Part shown: one piece after another, positions 45,199-56,600 of the stretch | Numbering within the stretch: the stretch's first letter is position 1 | Layout of the letters: each line of letters begins with the position of its first letter | NCBI GenBank assembly: GCA_937138345.1 | Contig: CAKZOW010000117.1 | Span: 37,572-101,571, forward strand | DNA from: an uncultured archaeon | GTDB lineage: Archaea > Nanobdellota > Nanobdellia > Woesearchaeales > UBA583 | Direction: 5' to 3' | Length of the DNA stretch: 64,000 bases | Notes under the pieces: model-generated | What the model was told of the DNA's origin: nothing | Databases searched by the model: none | Seen by the model: only the letters and a program-made list of their open reading frames with translations | Program-made: the position numbers and the translations under genes

Positions 45199-47948
45199 AA
45201 ATAAGTGCATACCAACAAGACGTTGTAACTCCTATGTTTCAGAACGCTAAGTTAAATATTAACCTAGCGTCTCGTGTACTATTAGGTAAACAGCAACAAT
45301 TTGACGCAGCTTATCAGTCAATGCAAAATTTGAAGAAAGATTCTTTGAATATTAAATTTCTGAATAAGCAGTCTCGGGCAAAGATATATGGTTATAACGC
45401 TCAGATTTCCGCGGATTTTCCAGATATTTCTAGTGGGAATTTTGATTTGTCTAGTTCTAATGTAACTGAAAAATACATGAAGAACTTTAGAGCAATCGCT
45501 AATGACACAGAGTTAATCAAGAACTATAAGAAAGATAGAGAAGTACAAGGGTCGCTACAAGCACTAGCTAAAATGAAGGCAGAGAAAGATCCTATGAAAG
45601 CAGGTTATCATGCTATTAATGAAGCTAATTTCTTAGGTCAAGTACAACGCTACATAGATGCTACAGGTGATTTATCTGGACATAATGTAAGTTACACTCC
45701 TTATGTAGATACGGCTAGAGAAATGTCTGCTTTATCTAAGACTATACCAAAGGAAAAAAGTCAAAACTTTCAAACGACTGCTGATGGTGGTATGATTGAG
45801 ATTACCAAAGAAGGTAAAAGTCCTTCCGCAATAAGAGCAAGTTCTCAAAAGTACCACACAGGCAGAGGAGCAGGTCAGATGAGACAAGAAGCTATCTATA
45901 GTTATAACAAGATTAAAGATAACGACGCTGCAAAAACAGAAATACAGAACAATTATAATGATGTTATTGTCTCTCAAATAGCTCAGAATGATAAAATGTT
46001 AGACGCTCTGAAGGCTCGTAAACCTAAGACTGATGAAGAACAGTTCCAGATTATGCAGCAAATAGCTAATATCGAACAAGTCAATGGTCAACTAGAGAAC
46101 AAACAAGAACAATTACTAGACCCTGCTAATTTCAGAGACGATGCTCAGTGGGAAAATTGGATGACTGATTTGTATACACATCAGACTATTGAAAGAGATG
46201 TTCAATCCTATGGTCAGCAATCCATATCTTATGAGTATAAAGAAAACCCAGTATATAGGTCTGCTAGAGATTGGGAAGCTACTGTAAATACTAACGCTCC
46301 TATAAATACTTTAGAGGATATTGTTTCTCAAGGTACTGTAGCAGGAGGAACTTACGAGTCAACTTCTGAAGGAGTACTACCTTCTGATTCTTATATCAAT
46401 GGCATATTTGACCATTTAGAAGATACTCAATACAAATCAACTAATCCTTTTGAGTCAGGAGTGACAGGTGAATACGAGATGACACCTTCTGAATCTAAAG
46501 AGTACGCTACTATCCAAGGAGAAATAGATGAAGTTAAAAAAGGACGTGAAAAGTTCTCGAAGGAAAAAGTATCTATAGTAGATAATCTTAAAGGTACATA
46601 CCAGAAGTCTCGTCCTAAGAGTAATAATCCTAAGAGGAAAGACCCTGGATTCACTGCTGCACCATTATTAGACCAAATAAATAAAGGTCTTTCTGATGCT
46701 GAAAATGTACTTATGGGAGCTAATCAAGTAGAAGGTTATGAGTTAGAATTAAATAATAACGGCACTGAATTAGTTATAGGAAGTATAGAAGGATATACTT
46801 TGAAGTCTCTAGAAGCAGCGCGTAAAAATACCTCTATTGACCCTAAATACAAGAAAGAAGTAGAGAAAGAACTAGATAGAAGGTATAAGGCAATTTGGAA
46901 GGCGGAAAAAACTCTCAAAGATTATAAGTCTGATTTGAAGACTTATAATGAATCAGAGGACGGTTTTATTAAAAAGAATAAGAAACTGTCTCAAAAGTAT
47001 ATAGATAACTACAATAATAAATTACAGGCTTTAGAAGAAAAAAGAGACGCTATCACCAACATTACTACTTTAAAGGGAGATGATATGCTAGATATAGTAA
47101 TGAATGTAGATAAATATAGAGATTTTAAAAAGAACGAGTATTTAGCAGATAATGTTTATATTAAGGCAGCTAGAGATATTGTAAAGAGAAACTCTAGTAT
47201 TACTAAAGAAGAACTGAAAGAGCAAGTTAAAGCTAAAGTAAATGACCAGTCAGGTAAATATTATGGTGAGTTAGTACGTCAGAAAAGAATACAACAATAT
47301 CATCAGCACTTTTTTAGGAACGTTACTAAACCTGAACACATTAAAGCTATTTTAGCTAATCATAATACAGCTTCTTTTTATACTCCTTTTTATATAGATA
47401 TGAGAGGTAAGTCTACAGGTAAAGAACAAACGACTGCTAGACAGAATATTAAGACAGATGTTTTGATAGGCTTACGAGCTAATTTAGTTGGAGGAAAAGG
47501 TAAAATAGGTAGAGATGAAATACCACCAGATGCTATATCTACTTATAGGGTTTATAAAGGCTATACGGAAATAACGATAGATGTTACTAAAATGCCTGGC
47601 TATGATAAAGATAAAGATTATAGTAAGTCTTACAGTATAAATGGAGATAAATTTAAACTGGATTCTAAGAATAACACGATTAAATTTTACGACGCTTCTT
47701 TAGATAAGGATTTATCTCAAGACTTTATGTTAGGAATACCTACTATGGTAGATGTAGAATATGCAGATTATGTAGGTTTAAAAGGTAGAAAATTCATTCT
47801 TCAAACAGAAGATAACGAACACTATGATATTGTTTTAATAGAAAATGGTAAAGAGGTGATGAGAGCAGAAGATAAGAAAATTACAGCGGACGCTATTATC
47901 CAAGCCGGAGATAGATGGGCTAAAGGAGGAAGTTTAAGTATACAATAA
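45195..47948 (+). CDS. hypothetical large virion protein
   Basis: 917-aa ORF. Confidence 0.55.
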   Translation: MKISAYQQDVVTPMFQNAKLNINLASRVLLGKQQQFDAAYQSMQNLKKDSLNIKFLNKQSRAKIYGYNAQISADFPDISSGNFDLSSSNVTEKYMKNFRAIANDTELIKNYKKDREVQGSLQALAKMKAEKDPMKAGYHAINEANFLGQVQRYIDATGDLSGHNVSYTPYVDTAREMSALSKTIPKEKSQNFQTTADGGMIEITKEGKSPSAIRASSQKYHTGRGAGQMRQEAIYSYNKIKDNDAAKTEIQNNYNDVIVSQIAQNDKMLDALKARKPKTDEEQFQIMQQIANIEQVNGQLENKQEQLLDPANFRDDAQWENWMTDLYTHQTIERDVQSYGQQSISYEYKENPVYRSARDWEATVNTNAPINTLEDIVSQGTVAGGTYESTSEGVLPSDSYINGIFDHLEDTQYKSTNPFESGVTGEYEMTPSESKEYATIQGEIDEVKKGREKFSKEKVSIVDNLKGTYQKSRPKSNNPKRKDPGFTAAPLLDQINKGLSDAENVLMGANQVEGYELELNNNGTELVIGSIEGYTLKSLEAARKNTSIDPKYKKEVEKELDRRYKAIWKAEKTLKDYKSDLKTYNESEDGFIKKNKKLSQKYIDNYNNKLQALEEKRDAITNITTLKGDDMLDIVMNVDKYRDFKKNEYLADNVYIKAARDIVKRNSSITKEELKEQVKAKVNDQSGKYYGELVRQKRIQQYHQHFFRNVTKPEHIKAILANHNTASFYTPFYIDMRGKSTGKEQTTARQNIKTDVLIGLRANLVGGKGKIGRDEIPPDAISTYRVYKGYTEITIDVTKMPGYDKDKDYSKSYSINGDKFKLDSKNNTIKFYDASLDKDLSQDFMLGIPTMVDVEYADYVGLKGRKFILQTEDNEHYDIVLIENGKEVMRAEDKKITADAIIQAGDRWAKGGSLSIQ

Positions 47949-50797
47949 TGGAAGAACAACAACAGTATAGGAATAAAGAGATACTTGATGATGACTATAA
48001 GTTCACAGAAAGAGCTAATAGTTTAGAAGCACAGTTGGATCAATCTATTGCTAAAAATGCAATGTATATCCCTGCTTTCAAGACTTCTCAAGCTATGGCG
48101 AAGCGTTATAACAATCCTAATATTGCATTCAATCCGAATGTTAATATGGAGGAGATTTATGCAAAGAGCGACCCGTTTACATTAGGAGATGCTTTATCTA
48201 AAACTAAAAGATTGTTTACAGAACAAGTAGGACAATCTTGGATGTCTTTAGTAGATGGGGCTTTTACAGCTGTAAATACTGGTGATGTATCTAAGTTATG
48301 GGATAACGAAACTAATTCTAATGTGGCTGATGCGATGGCTGCTGTAGAAGAACTATTTCCGCAATATCAAACACAAGACCAACAGGATAATCCAGGTGCT
48401 TTAAGAAACTGGGGTAATACTTTTAAAACTTTCTTACCGTCTTCTGCTTCTGCCGGAGCTATGATGGCTGATGCAGTATTAACAGAGTTAGTATTTATAG
48501 GTGTAGGTGCTGCAACTGGGTATGGTGTAGGAGCTATTCCAGGAGCCGCTGCCGGACTTGCTAGGATAGCTGCTAGAGCACCTAAATACTTTAAGGATAT
48601 TAGAACTTTATCGAATGCTATTGCAGATGGTATAACTGCTGTAAGAGCTTGGAAAGCTGGTAGGGCAATTAAAAGTACCTTACCTAGCGGTAAAATGGTA
48701 ATGTCTGGTTTCATAGCTGCCAATGGAGAGGCAGGGTTACAGGCTAAAATGGCTTCTTCTGAGTTAATGCAATCCGAGGTTAATAAGTATATGGAGCTAT
48801 ACGGAAAACCTCCTGACCAAGCTACATTCGACCAGATAGAAGCCAATGGTAAAGAACTAGAAAAGAAAGTATGGCAAATGAATGTCCCTGTACTTATGAC
48901 TAGTAATTTAATTCAATTAGGTAATATCTTCAAAGGTACTAAACTTGCTAATGCAGGTATCACTTCATTACAACGTTCTGGAGGTAAATTAGGGTACAAT
49001 GGTTGGAAAGCAGGTAGAAAATATTTATGGAATTTAGGTAAGTCTTCTTTTTCTGAAGGTTTAGAAGAGTATTACCAAGGAGCTTCAACTTCTGCGGCTC
49101 AACAACACTTTTCTATATTTACTAAGGATTCTAAGAGTTATACAGATAGATTCTTTAAAGAGGTTTCTCATAGATGGACTACCCAAGAAGGTCAGATGGA
49201 ATTCGCTGGCGGAGCCGTTATTGGAGGTATGTTTACAGGAGTAGGCTCGCTTTATGGTACTAGGAATGATTACAACCGTTATAAACAATTAGCTAATGTA
49301 TCTAACAGTAGTACCCAAGCTCTTTATCAACAGTATGGTCAGAACGAAGCTCTTACAGACCAGATAGTTAAAGATGTAGAAGAGAATAAAATATCTAAAG
49401 CAACATTTGGAATTAATAAGAATATCTTCAATCTAGCTAAGATGCACAAGAATAACGATACTTGGGCAAGTATGGATTCTAACTTCGATGATATGAAGAG
49501 GATGGAAGTAGCTGAATTCAATGAGGTTTATGATACTAAGTTTACTCAAGCTGAAAAAGACCAAATAGTAGGACAAGTTCAGAAGAAATTCAACATGGCT
49601 TTAGAAGCTTCTGCTGTTACGGACAAGTATTTACAATACAATCCCTTGTTACAAGATCCAAGATTTAAAGAACTATCTAGGAAAGTAAAAGGTGTTGAGA
49701 CACAGAAATCTGATTTACTTTGGGGGAAAATTAAAGATTCTTTTACTGAGATGATTTATAATCAAGAGATGTTTGGGTTAGAAGAAGCTAATGCTGCTTT
49801 CACTATCGATAATGACCCAACTATTTCTAATGATATACAAGGATTGCTTAACTTTCAAGACGGAGATATTGATACTTGGTTAAAAACTAAGTTACAGGAA
49901 GCTGAAGCTATGAGTAAACCAAATGCTACTTTACTTAAAATTAAAGATGCAGGTAGTTACTCTGAGAAACTAGGAATGATTTTAAATGACTACTATAAAC
50001 TGGATGGCGAAGCAAAGGATAAGGTTAATAACTTACTGACAATCAGAGGGATGCTTAAAACAATCGGAGATACTGTAGAAGGATTTAATGATCCAGAACA
50101 ATTGTACCAAAATGCTAAAGAGGTTGCTGATTGGATGGAATACTTAGATGTTAATGGTTTGGATACTGTAGGGCAAGAAGATCAACATGCTCCTACTGAA
50201 CCTATAGAAACTCCTGTGGAAGAAGAGTCAGAACCAGAACAGAAGAGTTACAACGATGTAAGAGATGATATCGACAATGCTTCTGAAATAGGATTGGATA
50301 ATATTAGTGTTGACCATTTACCTTCCAAACAGAAGAAGGCTGCTAAAGAAGCTATTCAAACTAAGAAGGATAATATCAGAGGTGATAAGATTAAAGCTGA
50401 ATATAACGCTAAACCTAAAACTAAAGAGAACTTAGATAAGTTAATAGCAGAAGATGAATTTCCAGGAAAAACAGTTGAAGTAGAAGCTTTTAAACAAAAA
50501 GTACTTAGCAAGACTGTAGATAAGGTACTAGCTAAAATAGCTAAAGCTAAACTAGAAGATTTAGATATTGTACTAGAGTTTGGTCCTCATAATAGAAGAG
50601 TAAAAAAAGCTATACAAGCTCGAAAGAATAAACTAGCTTCTGGACAAACACAAGTAGAACAAGTTCAAGTGAATAGAAAAACAAACATAGAAAAGATTAC
50701 AATGGCTGAACAAGAAGCCGCTTATCAGAAAGGTCAGTCAATGACTCCTGAAGAAGCTCTTGCAGACTTAATGAGAATCCATAAAGAAAATTGCTAA
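47948..50797 (+). CDS. internal virion / ejection protein with Gly/Ala-rich hydrophobic segments (tape-measure- or core-protein-like)
   Basis: 949 aa. Segments such as VFIGVGAATGYGVGAIPGAAAGLARIAARA and MVMSGFIAANGEAGL are membrane-interacting glycine-zipper-like stretches. Confidence 0.45.
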   Translation: MEEQQQYRNKEILDDDYKFTERANSLEAQLDQSIAKNAMYIPAFKTSQAMAKRYNNPNIAFNPNVNMEEIYAKSDPFTLGDALSKTKRLFTEQVGQSWMSLVDGAFTAVNTGDVSKLWDNETNSNVADAMAAVEELFPQYQTQDQQDNPGALRNWGNTFKTFLPSSASAGAMMADAVLTELVFIGVGAATGYGVGAIPGAAAGLARIAARAPKYFKDIRTLSNAIADGITAVRAWKAGRAIKSTLPSGKMVMSGFIAANGEAGLQAKMASSELMQSEVNKYMELYGKPPDQATFDQIEANGKELEKKVWQMNVPVLMTSNLIQLGNIFKGTKLANAGITSLQRSGGKLGYNGWKAGRKYLWNLGKSSFSEGLEEYYQGASTSAAQQHFSIFTKDSKSYTDRFFKEVSHRWTTQEGQMEFAGGAVIGGMFTGVGSLYGTRNDYNRYKQLANVSNSSTQALYQQYGQNEALTDQIVKDVEENKISKATFGINKNIFNLAKMHKNNDTWASMDSNFDDMKRMEVAEFNEVYDTKFTQAEKDQIVGQVQKKFNMALEASAVTDKYLQYNPLLQDPRFKELSRKVKGVETQKSDLLWGKIKDSFTEMIYNQEMFGLEEANAAFTIDNDPTISNDIQGLLNFQDGDIDTWLKTKLQEAEAMSKPNATLLKIKDAGSYSEKLGMILNDYYKLDGEAKDKVNNLLTIRGMLKTIGDTVEGFNDPEQLYQNAKEVADWMEYLDVNGLDTVGQEDQHAPTEPIETPVEEESEPEQKSYNDVRDDIDNASEIGLDNISVDHLPSKQKKAAKEAIQTKKDNIRGDKIKAEYNAKPKTKENLDKLIAEDEFPGKTVEVEAFKQKVLSKTVDKVLAKIAKAKLEDLDIVLEFGPHNRRVKKAIQARKNKLASGQTQVEQVQVNRKTNIEKITMAEQEAAYQKGQSMTPEEALADLMRIHKENC

Positions 50798-53241
50798 TGT
50801 CAAAGATAACATGTACACTAAGTAAATCAGCACAGTTAGGTTTCTTGTCTTACTTGTCGGCTAAATTAAAGGATGTAAAACACTTACAACAACAGGAAGC
50901 TATTAGAGAAATAATGAAACCTTTCGATAATTACGATGAAGGAGATAAGTTCCAGTATTATTCAATACTACACGTTAACTTATCTGCTGTAACTGGCTTC
51001 TATACTAGAGAAAATTTAGGAGAAGTTCAATTGTTTAATAACAATAAACTAGATCCTACTTCTTTAACTAATATCGCTGCAAGTATTTACAGTAAAAAAA
51101 CTCCTGAAGCTATTCATGACGCTATTGAAGCTTTGTATAAGACTCCTGTAGTTGAGGAAAATGTAGGCGACCCTGTTATTAGTGGAGAATTTAATACAGT
51201 GAATTTTGAAGAAAAAAGATTAGATCTTAGAAGTCGTAAGTCTAGTAAAGAAGAAAGATTTGAGTTTATTAAAAAACTACCTGATGGTACTATAATTAAA
51301 GATCCTGAAGATGATTCTATCTATACTATAGTAGAAAATAAACCATTAAAGGATGGTAGAGAGAGTATTACTTTAACTACTTACCTAATAAAAGAAGAAG
51401 GTACGGAAAGAATAGATACTAAAATTTACAATAGAACTAGGAGAGGAGACCTTATTAAAGTGGCTTTCCCTTCAATACTACAAGAAGATAATCTAATCTA
51501 TGAAACTAATGCTGAAGTGGGTAAAACTTTTTCTACGAGTACTATCAAGGATGGTAAAAAAGATGTAGTAAAGAGTAACGATGTATTTAATGAGTCTAAA
51601 CCTCTAGGTTGGTCAGAAACCTACGAAGCTCGTAAGCAACAACATATTAAAGATATTGAAACTAAATTAGGTATCAGAGATACTAAAGGTAGAAAAGAAT
51701 ACAAAGATACTGTAGAAGCTAAAAAAGTTGCAGAGACATTAGCTAAAAAGAATCCTAAATATACATTTATTACAAAGGGTAAAACTATTGTAGCAGATGT
51801 TAAAAAGGTAGATAATAAAGCAGAGATAGGTAAATGGGTTAAACCTGGTGAAGGTACTAAGGAAGTCATGAAAAGAATAGGAGAATCTAAACACAGATTT
51901 GCTCCTTTGGCTAGACGATTATTACCTTTTATTAAAACTTCTGTACCTATAAATGTAGTAGACGCTGTGTTTTTAGGTAGGTTTGATAAAGATAAAATAT
52001 TCATATCTCACTCTGCTGCTAGGACTAAAAAAGGAGATGTTGTTACCACCCTTATACATGAAACACTTCATAGTATCACCAATGATATATTAAAAGGAAA
52101 TAGTAAAGAAGCTAGAGACTTTAAAAAGATTTATGATAATGTACTTAAACACAAAGACAAATTCTCTAATGATTACCCTTTAAAGAATATTAGAGAGTTT
52201 ATGACTGGTATTTTTACAGATGAAACCTTTATGGAGGAGTTGTCTAAGATACCTAGCACCAAGTCTACTAATGCCTGGAAAGATATTAAGAACTGGTTAG
52301 AGAAAGTATTTGGAATTAAAGGTAGTTCTTTATTAGCAGAAGCTATTGAAAGTGGTACTGGAGTTATCGCCTATAAACCTGAAAACGGGTCTACAATTGC
52401 TACAGGTTTAGGAGACTTTGGTGAAGCGATGGGTAATGCTATAAAAGGTAGTGTTGAAAAAGCTGTAGTAAGAGATGTTAAGAAGCATGGTGAAGCAGAG
52501 CGAAGAAAGAGAAATCCTAAAGAAACAGATGCTCAGTGGGCTAAAGCTCAGAAAATTATGGAAGCCTTAGCTAATAAAACAGATTTAAGATATGTTAACC
52601 TAACCAACGAACATTGGATAACTAATAAGTCTGGTGTAGAGGTATTAAATTCTTTAAAGAGTAGTACTGAGATAAAAGCGTTCTTATCGAACAGTCCTGA
52701 TAGTATGGCTTTCTTCTACGATTGGTTTAAACAACACGATAAGTTAAAAGATAAAGAAGCTGACTTAGCAGGATTTATAGGTAAACCTAAAAGTGAAGAG
52801 TTTATAATCAGAGTACATCCTAATACTCCTGTAGAGATCAGAAAACTGTTTGGTAATATAGCTAAGGTTGTAGTAAAAGGAGAAGAGGTTTTAAGTACTA
52901 CAGCACCAGAAGGTCAGATATATCTAATAAAAGGGAAGAGTGGTAACTATTTAATAAAGAGCCTTAAAAAAGACGGGAAAACTTATAAAGCTCTAAAAGT
53001 AATTGAAGGAGATAAAACTACTTATAAGACGGTTAGAATTAAGAACCTAGGTAATCCTGAACTTATTCCTATTACAAGTCAAATGAATTCCGTATCTTTG
53101 AAAGCGATAGGCGTAACTCAGGTAGAAATCCCTACAGGGAAACTAAAAAACATAGACATATTTCTAAACGAGCGTCCATTTGAAAACGGCTCGCTCTACA
53201 GAAAGTTAGAAAGTTCGGGTATAATAAACATTAAATGTTAA
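50791..53241 (+). CDS. virion protein with HExxH zincin-like metallopeptidase motif
   Basis: 816 aa. VVTTLIHETLHSITNDI carries HETLH (the HExxH motif). Confidence 0.45.
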   Translation: MLMSKITCTLSKSAQLGFLSYLSAKLKDVKHLQQQEAIREIMKPFDNYDEGDKFQYYSILHVNLSAVTGFYTRENLGEVQLFNNNKLDPTSLTNIAASIYSKKTPEAIHDAIEALYKTPVVEENVGDPVISGEFNTVNFEEKRLDLRSRKSSKEERFEFIKKLPDGTIIKDPEDDSIYTIVENKPLKDGRESITLTTYLIKEEGTERIDTKIYNRTRRGDLIKVAFPSILQEDNLIYETNAEVGKTFSTSTIKDGKKDVVKSNDVFNESKPLGWSETYEARKQQHIKDIETKLGIRDTKGRKEYKDTVEAKKVAETLAKKNPKYTFITKGKTIVADVKKVDNKAEIGKWVKPGEGTKEVMKRIGESKHRFAPLARRLLPFIKTSVPINVVDAVFLGRFDKDKIFISHSAARTKKGDVVTTLIHETLHSITNDILKGNSKEARDFKKIYDNVLKHKDKFSNDYPLKNIREFMTGIFTDETFMEELSKIPSTKSTNAWKDIKNWLEKVFGIKGSSLLAEAIESGTGVIAYKPENGSTIATGLGDFGEAMGNAIKGSVEKAVVRDVKKHGEAERRKRNPKETDAQWAKAQKIMEALANKTDLRYVNLTNEHWITNKSGVEVLNSLKSSTEIKAFLSNSPDSMAFFYDWFKQHDKLKDKEADLAGFIGKPKSEEFIIRVHPNTPVEIRKLFGNIAKVVVKGEEVLSTTAPEGQIYLIKGKSGNYLIKSLKKDGKTYKALKVIEGDKTTYKTVRIKNLGNPELIPITSQMNSVSLKAIGVTQVEIPTGKLKNIDIFLNERPFENGSLYRKLESSGIINIKC

Positions 53242-53633
53242 AGACTAGAAACTGGTTTCCAGAACATACGGAAATCTATACAACCCAAGGATGGGTAAAT
53301 ATTAGTATAATAGAGAAAAAAGACTTTTCATTAGTAGGATACGAAAGTGAAGAGATTGTTGAATGTAAATTAAAAGAATTTAATAAACATTCCTTTGAAG
53401 GTCCTATCCTTAGTTATAAAGCAAAAGATATATTTTTAGAAGGTCTGTATATAGAGAACTACATAACTAGATACAGAGCCACATTAGACCTACCTAAAAT
53501 AAGGTACTCACATTACAACGGTTATCTGTATAATATAGTCACAACTACAGGAAATTTTATTATCAGAAGCCTGAAAGGAAAACATAACAATAACGATTAT
53601 AATATAGTAAAATGCCAAATAAGTGTAAAATAG
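53235..53633 (+). CDS. hypothetical protein
   Basis: 132-aa ORF overlapping the start of the giant gene. Confidence 0.45.
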   Translation: MLKTRNWFPEHTEIYTTQGWVNISIIEKKDFSLVGYESEEIVECKLKEFNKHSFEGPILSYKAKDIFLEGLYIENYITRYRATLDLPKIRYSHYNGYLYNIVTTTGNFIIRSLKGKHNNNDYNIVKCQISVK

Positions 53634-56600
53634 AGGTTACTCACCCTTTACTTAAACAAGTAATTACTGGAGCAGATACAGTTGAAGAAATACTAACAGC
53701 TTTAAATACTACAGATAAGTTCTTAACTAGAGCTGGAAGGTCTATTAGTAGTAAAGACTTTGAGTTCCTAGTAACAGAAGAACAAGATATTGTAGTCAAT
53801 ATTGGAGGAATAGATGTACCTTTAGTAGAGTTCCAAGAATTCACAGATAAACCTATTCCAGTAATTATTCCTCAGATAATTATTCCAGAGGAAATCAAAC
53901 ACATTGATTCTGATACTACATTAAAGGAAGATAACTTTTCTGCTATTAAATGGGAATCAGGACTTGCTTTAGCTAATAAAGATACCGTAGGTTTTACTAA
54001 TGAGATTAGTCAAGAACAGCGTTCTACATTCAGAGGACAGTTGATGGAGAAGCTAACTACTCGTCCTAAAGCTAAATTGATTTTAATAAAAGATTCTGAT
54101 GCTAATTACTCTCAAACAGAAGAAGAAAGAGGTTTCAAAGCTGATGGTCATGTAGCTATAGTTGTAGAAAACTTTGAAGAAGGATTATCTTTAACTGAAC
54201 TACTAAAGAGAGTTCCTGACTACGCTAAACTCAATGGGAAACCTTTCTTACTCCATACAGAATTCTCTGCTAAGAATAATACTTTTGATGAAACAGGTTT
54301 TGGTAAACGTGACCATGAGAAACGCTTAGACATCTATACTGAGAAAACAGGTAAAACTAGAGAACAAGCTAAAGCGCACTTCGATAAAGAGTTTAGAGAT
54401 TGGAAAAGAGCTGCAACTGAAATAGAAGAAAACTCTTACACCGTCCTTGAGATAAAGTCTATCTCTGAAGGTAATATTGGTAAATACAATAAACACAAAG
54501 CTCCTCTATCTCCAGAGATGGTGAATAGAGTAAGCGAAATTGAGATTGTAGACGGACATGTATTTGTAAATTTTGACGAGACTTTACCTACTAAGGAGAA
54601 GATTAAAACTAAGGTAAGGGTAATTGGTAGTAAAGTAAGTAACCACGAGAAAGGAGTTCTATTCAAATTACTAGATAGTTATACTACCCAGATTCCAGAA
54701 GAGTTTGTAGCTTACTTAGTATTATTGTATGGTAAAAGAGTGTCATTGAAACCTAATAACTTATCATTCAAAAGAAAAGGAGATAAGATTCAAATCAGTT
54801 ATGACCAAGGAGGTAAAATATTCTCTATAAAAACAGACCAGAACTACAAAGATTTAGAACAAAGAAAAGAAATACTCAAGACCATCCTAGAGAACATTCC
54901 AAGAAGTATACCTTTTGATATGGTAATCGCCTCACAGAATGGAGATACTATTGATAGATACTTGTCTGAATTAAAAATCAATGATACAGACTTACGTGTA
55001 CCAGATGTAGATGATTTAGTAAAAGGTACTACTACTCTACAAGATTATTTACTAGATGCTGTATATCCTGTACAAATGGATACGAATCATTATAAGGTAA
55101 ACGGTCAGAAGCAATCCAGTTATAAACCAATCAATAGATATGCTTACTATAACATGGATGGTAAAGTACACAAAGACCTTAGTAGAGAACTAGAAACTAA
55201 AGTAAATGAGAAGTTCGAAGCTAGTGGTATAGATACTGTTATTCTTACTGAAGGTGAGATGCGAGAAAAAGCTGCTGAATGGAATAAGGAAGATGGTACT
55301 AACCATCCTGTTACATATGGGCGGTACAAAAATGGTGTAGTTTATATTACTAAAACAGCACCAAAACACGTAGTATTAGAAGAAAGAATACATGCTCTTA
55401 CAGTAGCAGCTATTAAAGAAGAAGATTTAAATGAAAAAGCTGAGATAGTACAAGTAGTTAACGAACTTAGAACTCGTGTAGCTAAACTAGAAAACGGGGC
55501 TTTAAAAGATAAATGGAATGCGACTATTGGTACTGATGGTAAAGTTACTGTAGAACATGTAGCAGAACTTACTGGTAGAGGTATGTCAGATCCTAATATG
55601 GTAGAGTTCTTAAAGAAAAACCAATTAGGAGATTCATTCTATGCTAAGATTAAAAACTGGATAAATGCTTTAATCTCCAAAGTAACAGGTGTAACTTTCT
55701 ACGATACTATAGAAGGATATACTTATAAGTTAATGGATACTAAGATTGAAGAAGATTTAGATGAAGATATATTTGATCCATTAGGAGGTTTCTTTTCTTA
55801 TGAACAATTAAATGAACCTCCTGTAAAAGATATTCATGACCAGTTGAACTACCATTTCCTAAATATATTCTTGAAAAAGAAAAAGATAACATTATCTGAT
55901 TTATTTGAAAAAGATTTACCTAAAGGTATATTCAAAGAGTATAAAGCTCAGTTAAAGTCAAAAGCTAAGACAAAGTTTTTAGTAAAAGATGAAAAAAGTT
56001 TTGATAAATGGTCTAAAAAATTCTTTGCTAAGGAAGAAGTAGAAGAAGTTTCTGAAATTGAAAGACTAGAATCAGATGATTTGTCTGAAGTAATTAACGA
56101 AACTCACTCGACTAAAAGTTCACAAGAAAGGATTAGCAAGAAGATTAAAGCAATTATAGAAACAATGCCTAAAGTTGATGAGAATGGTAAAGCTGTTCGT
56201 TATCCTTCAGGTATTCCTATGGCTGCTAATATCTCTAGTACTCTTTACAAACTTATCAAGAATTATGGAGGTGTAATCGACATCAACGTACTGGCTAAGA
56301 ATATAGCTAAAGCTGCTTACAAGAAAGATGATAAAAATAGGAATGTAGCCAATCAAGATGATATTTTAATACTAGCACTTGCTTTAGGTATTAAACCGGA
56401 TGGTAGTTATCAGAAGACTCCTTTGATGTACTCTTTTGTAACAGGTATGCAGTTGTTTGAATTACCTGCTTATAAAGCAGTAGAAAGTGATATAGCTTCT
56501 TTTGTATTTAAGGAAAGCGGTACTAACACTAAAGCGCTTAAAAAGGAATGGGATAGTGCTTTTAGAGAGAATAGGTCAGGAAGATTTGATAAAGACTTTA

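Noticed and set aside
48367-48846. 159-aa minus-strand ORF
   Set aside because: It is antisense to the Gly/Ala-rich segment of the 949-aa protein. GC-rich Gly/Ala codons create long stop-free antisense frames.
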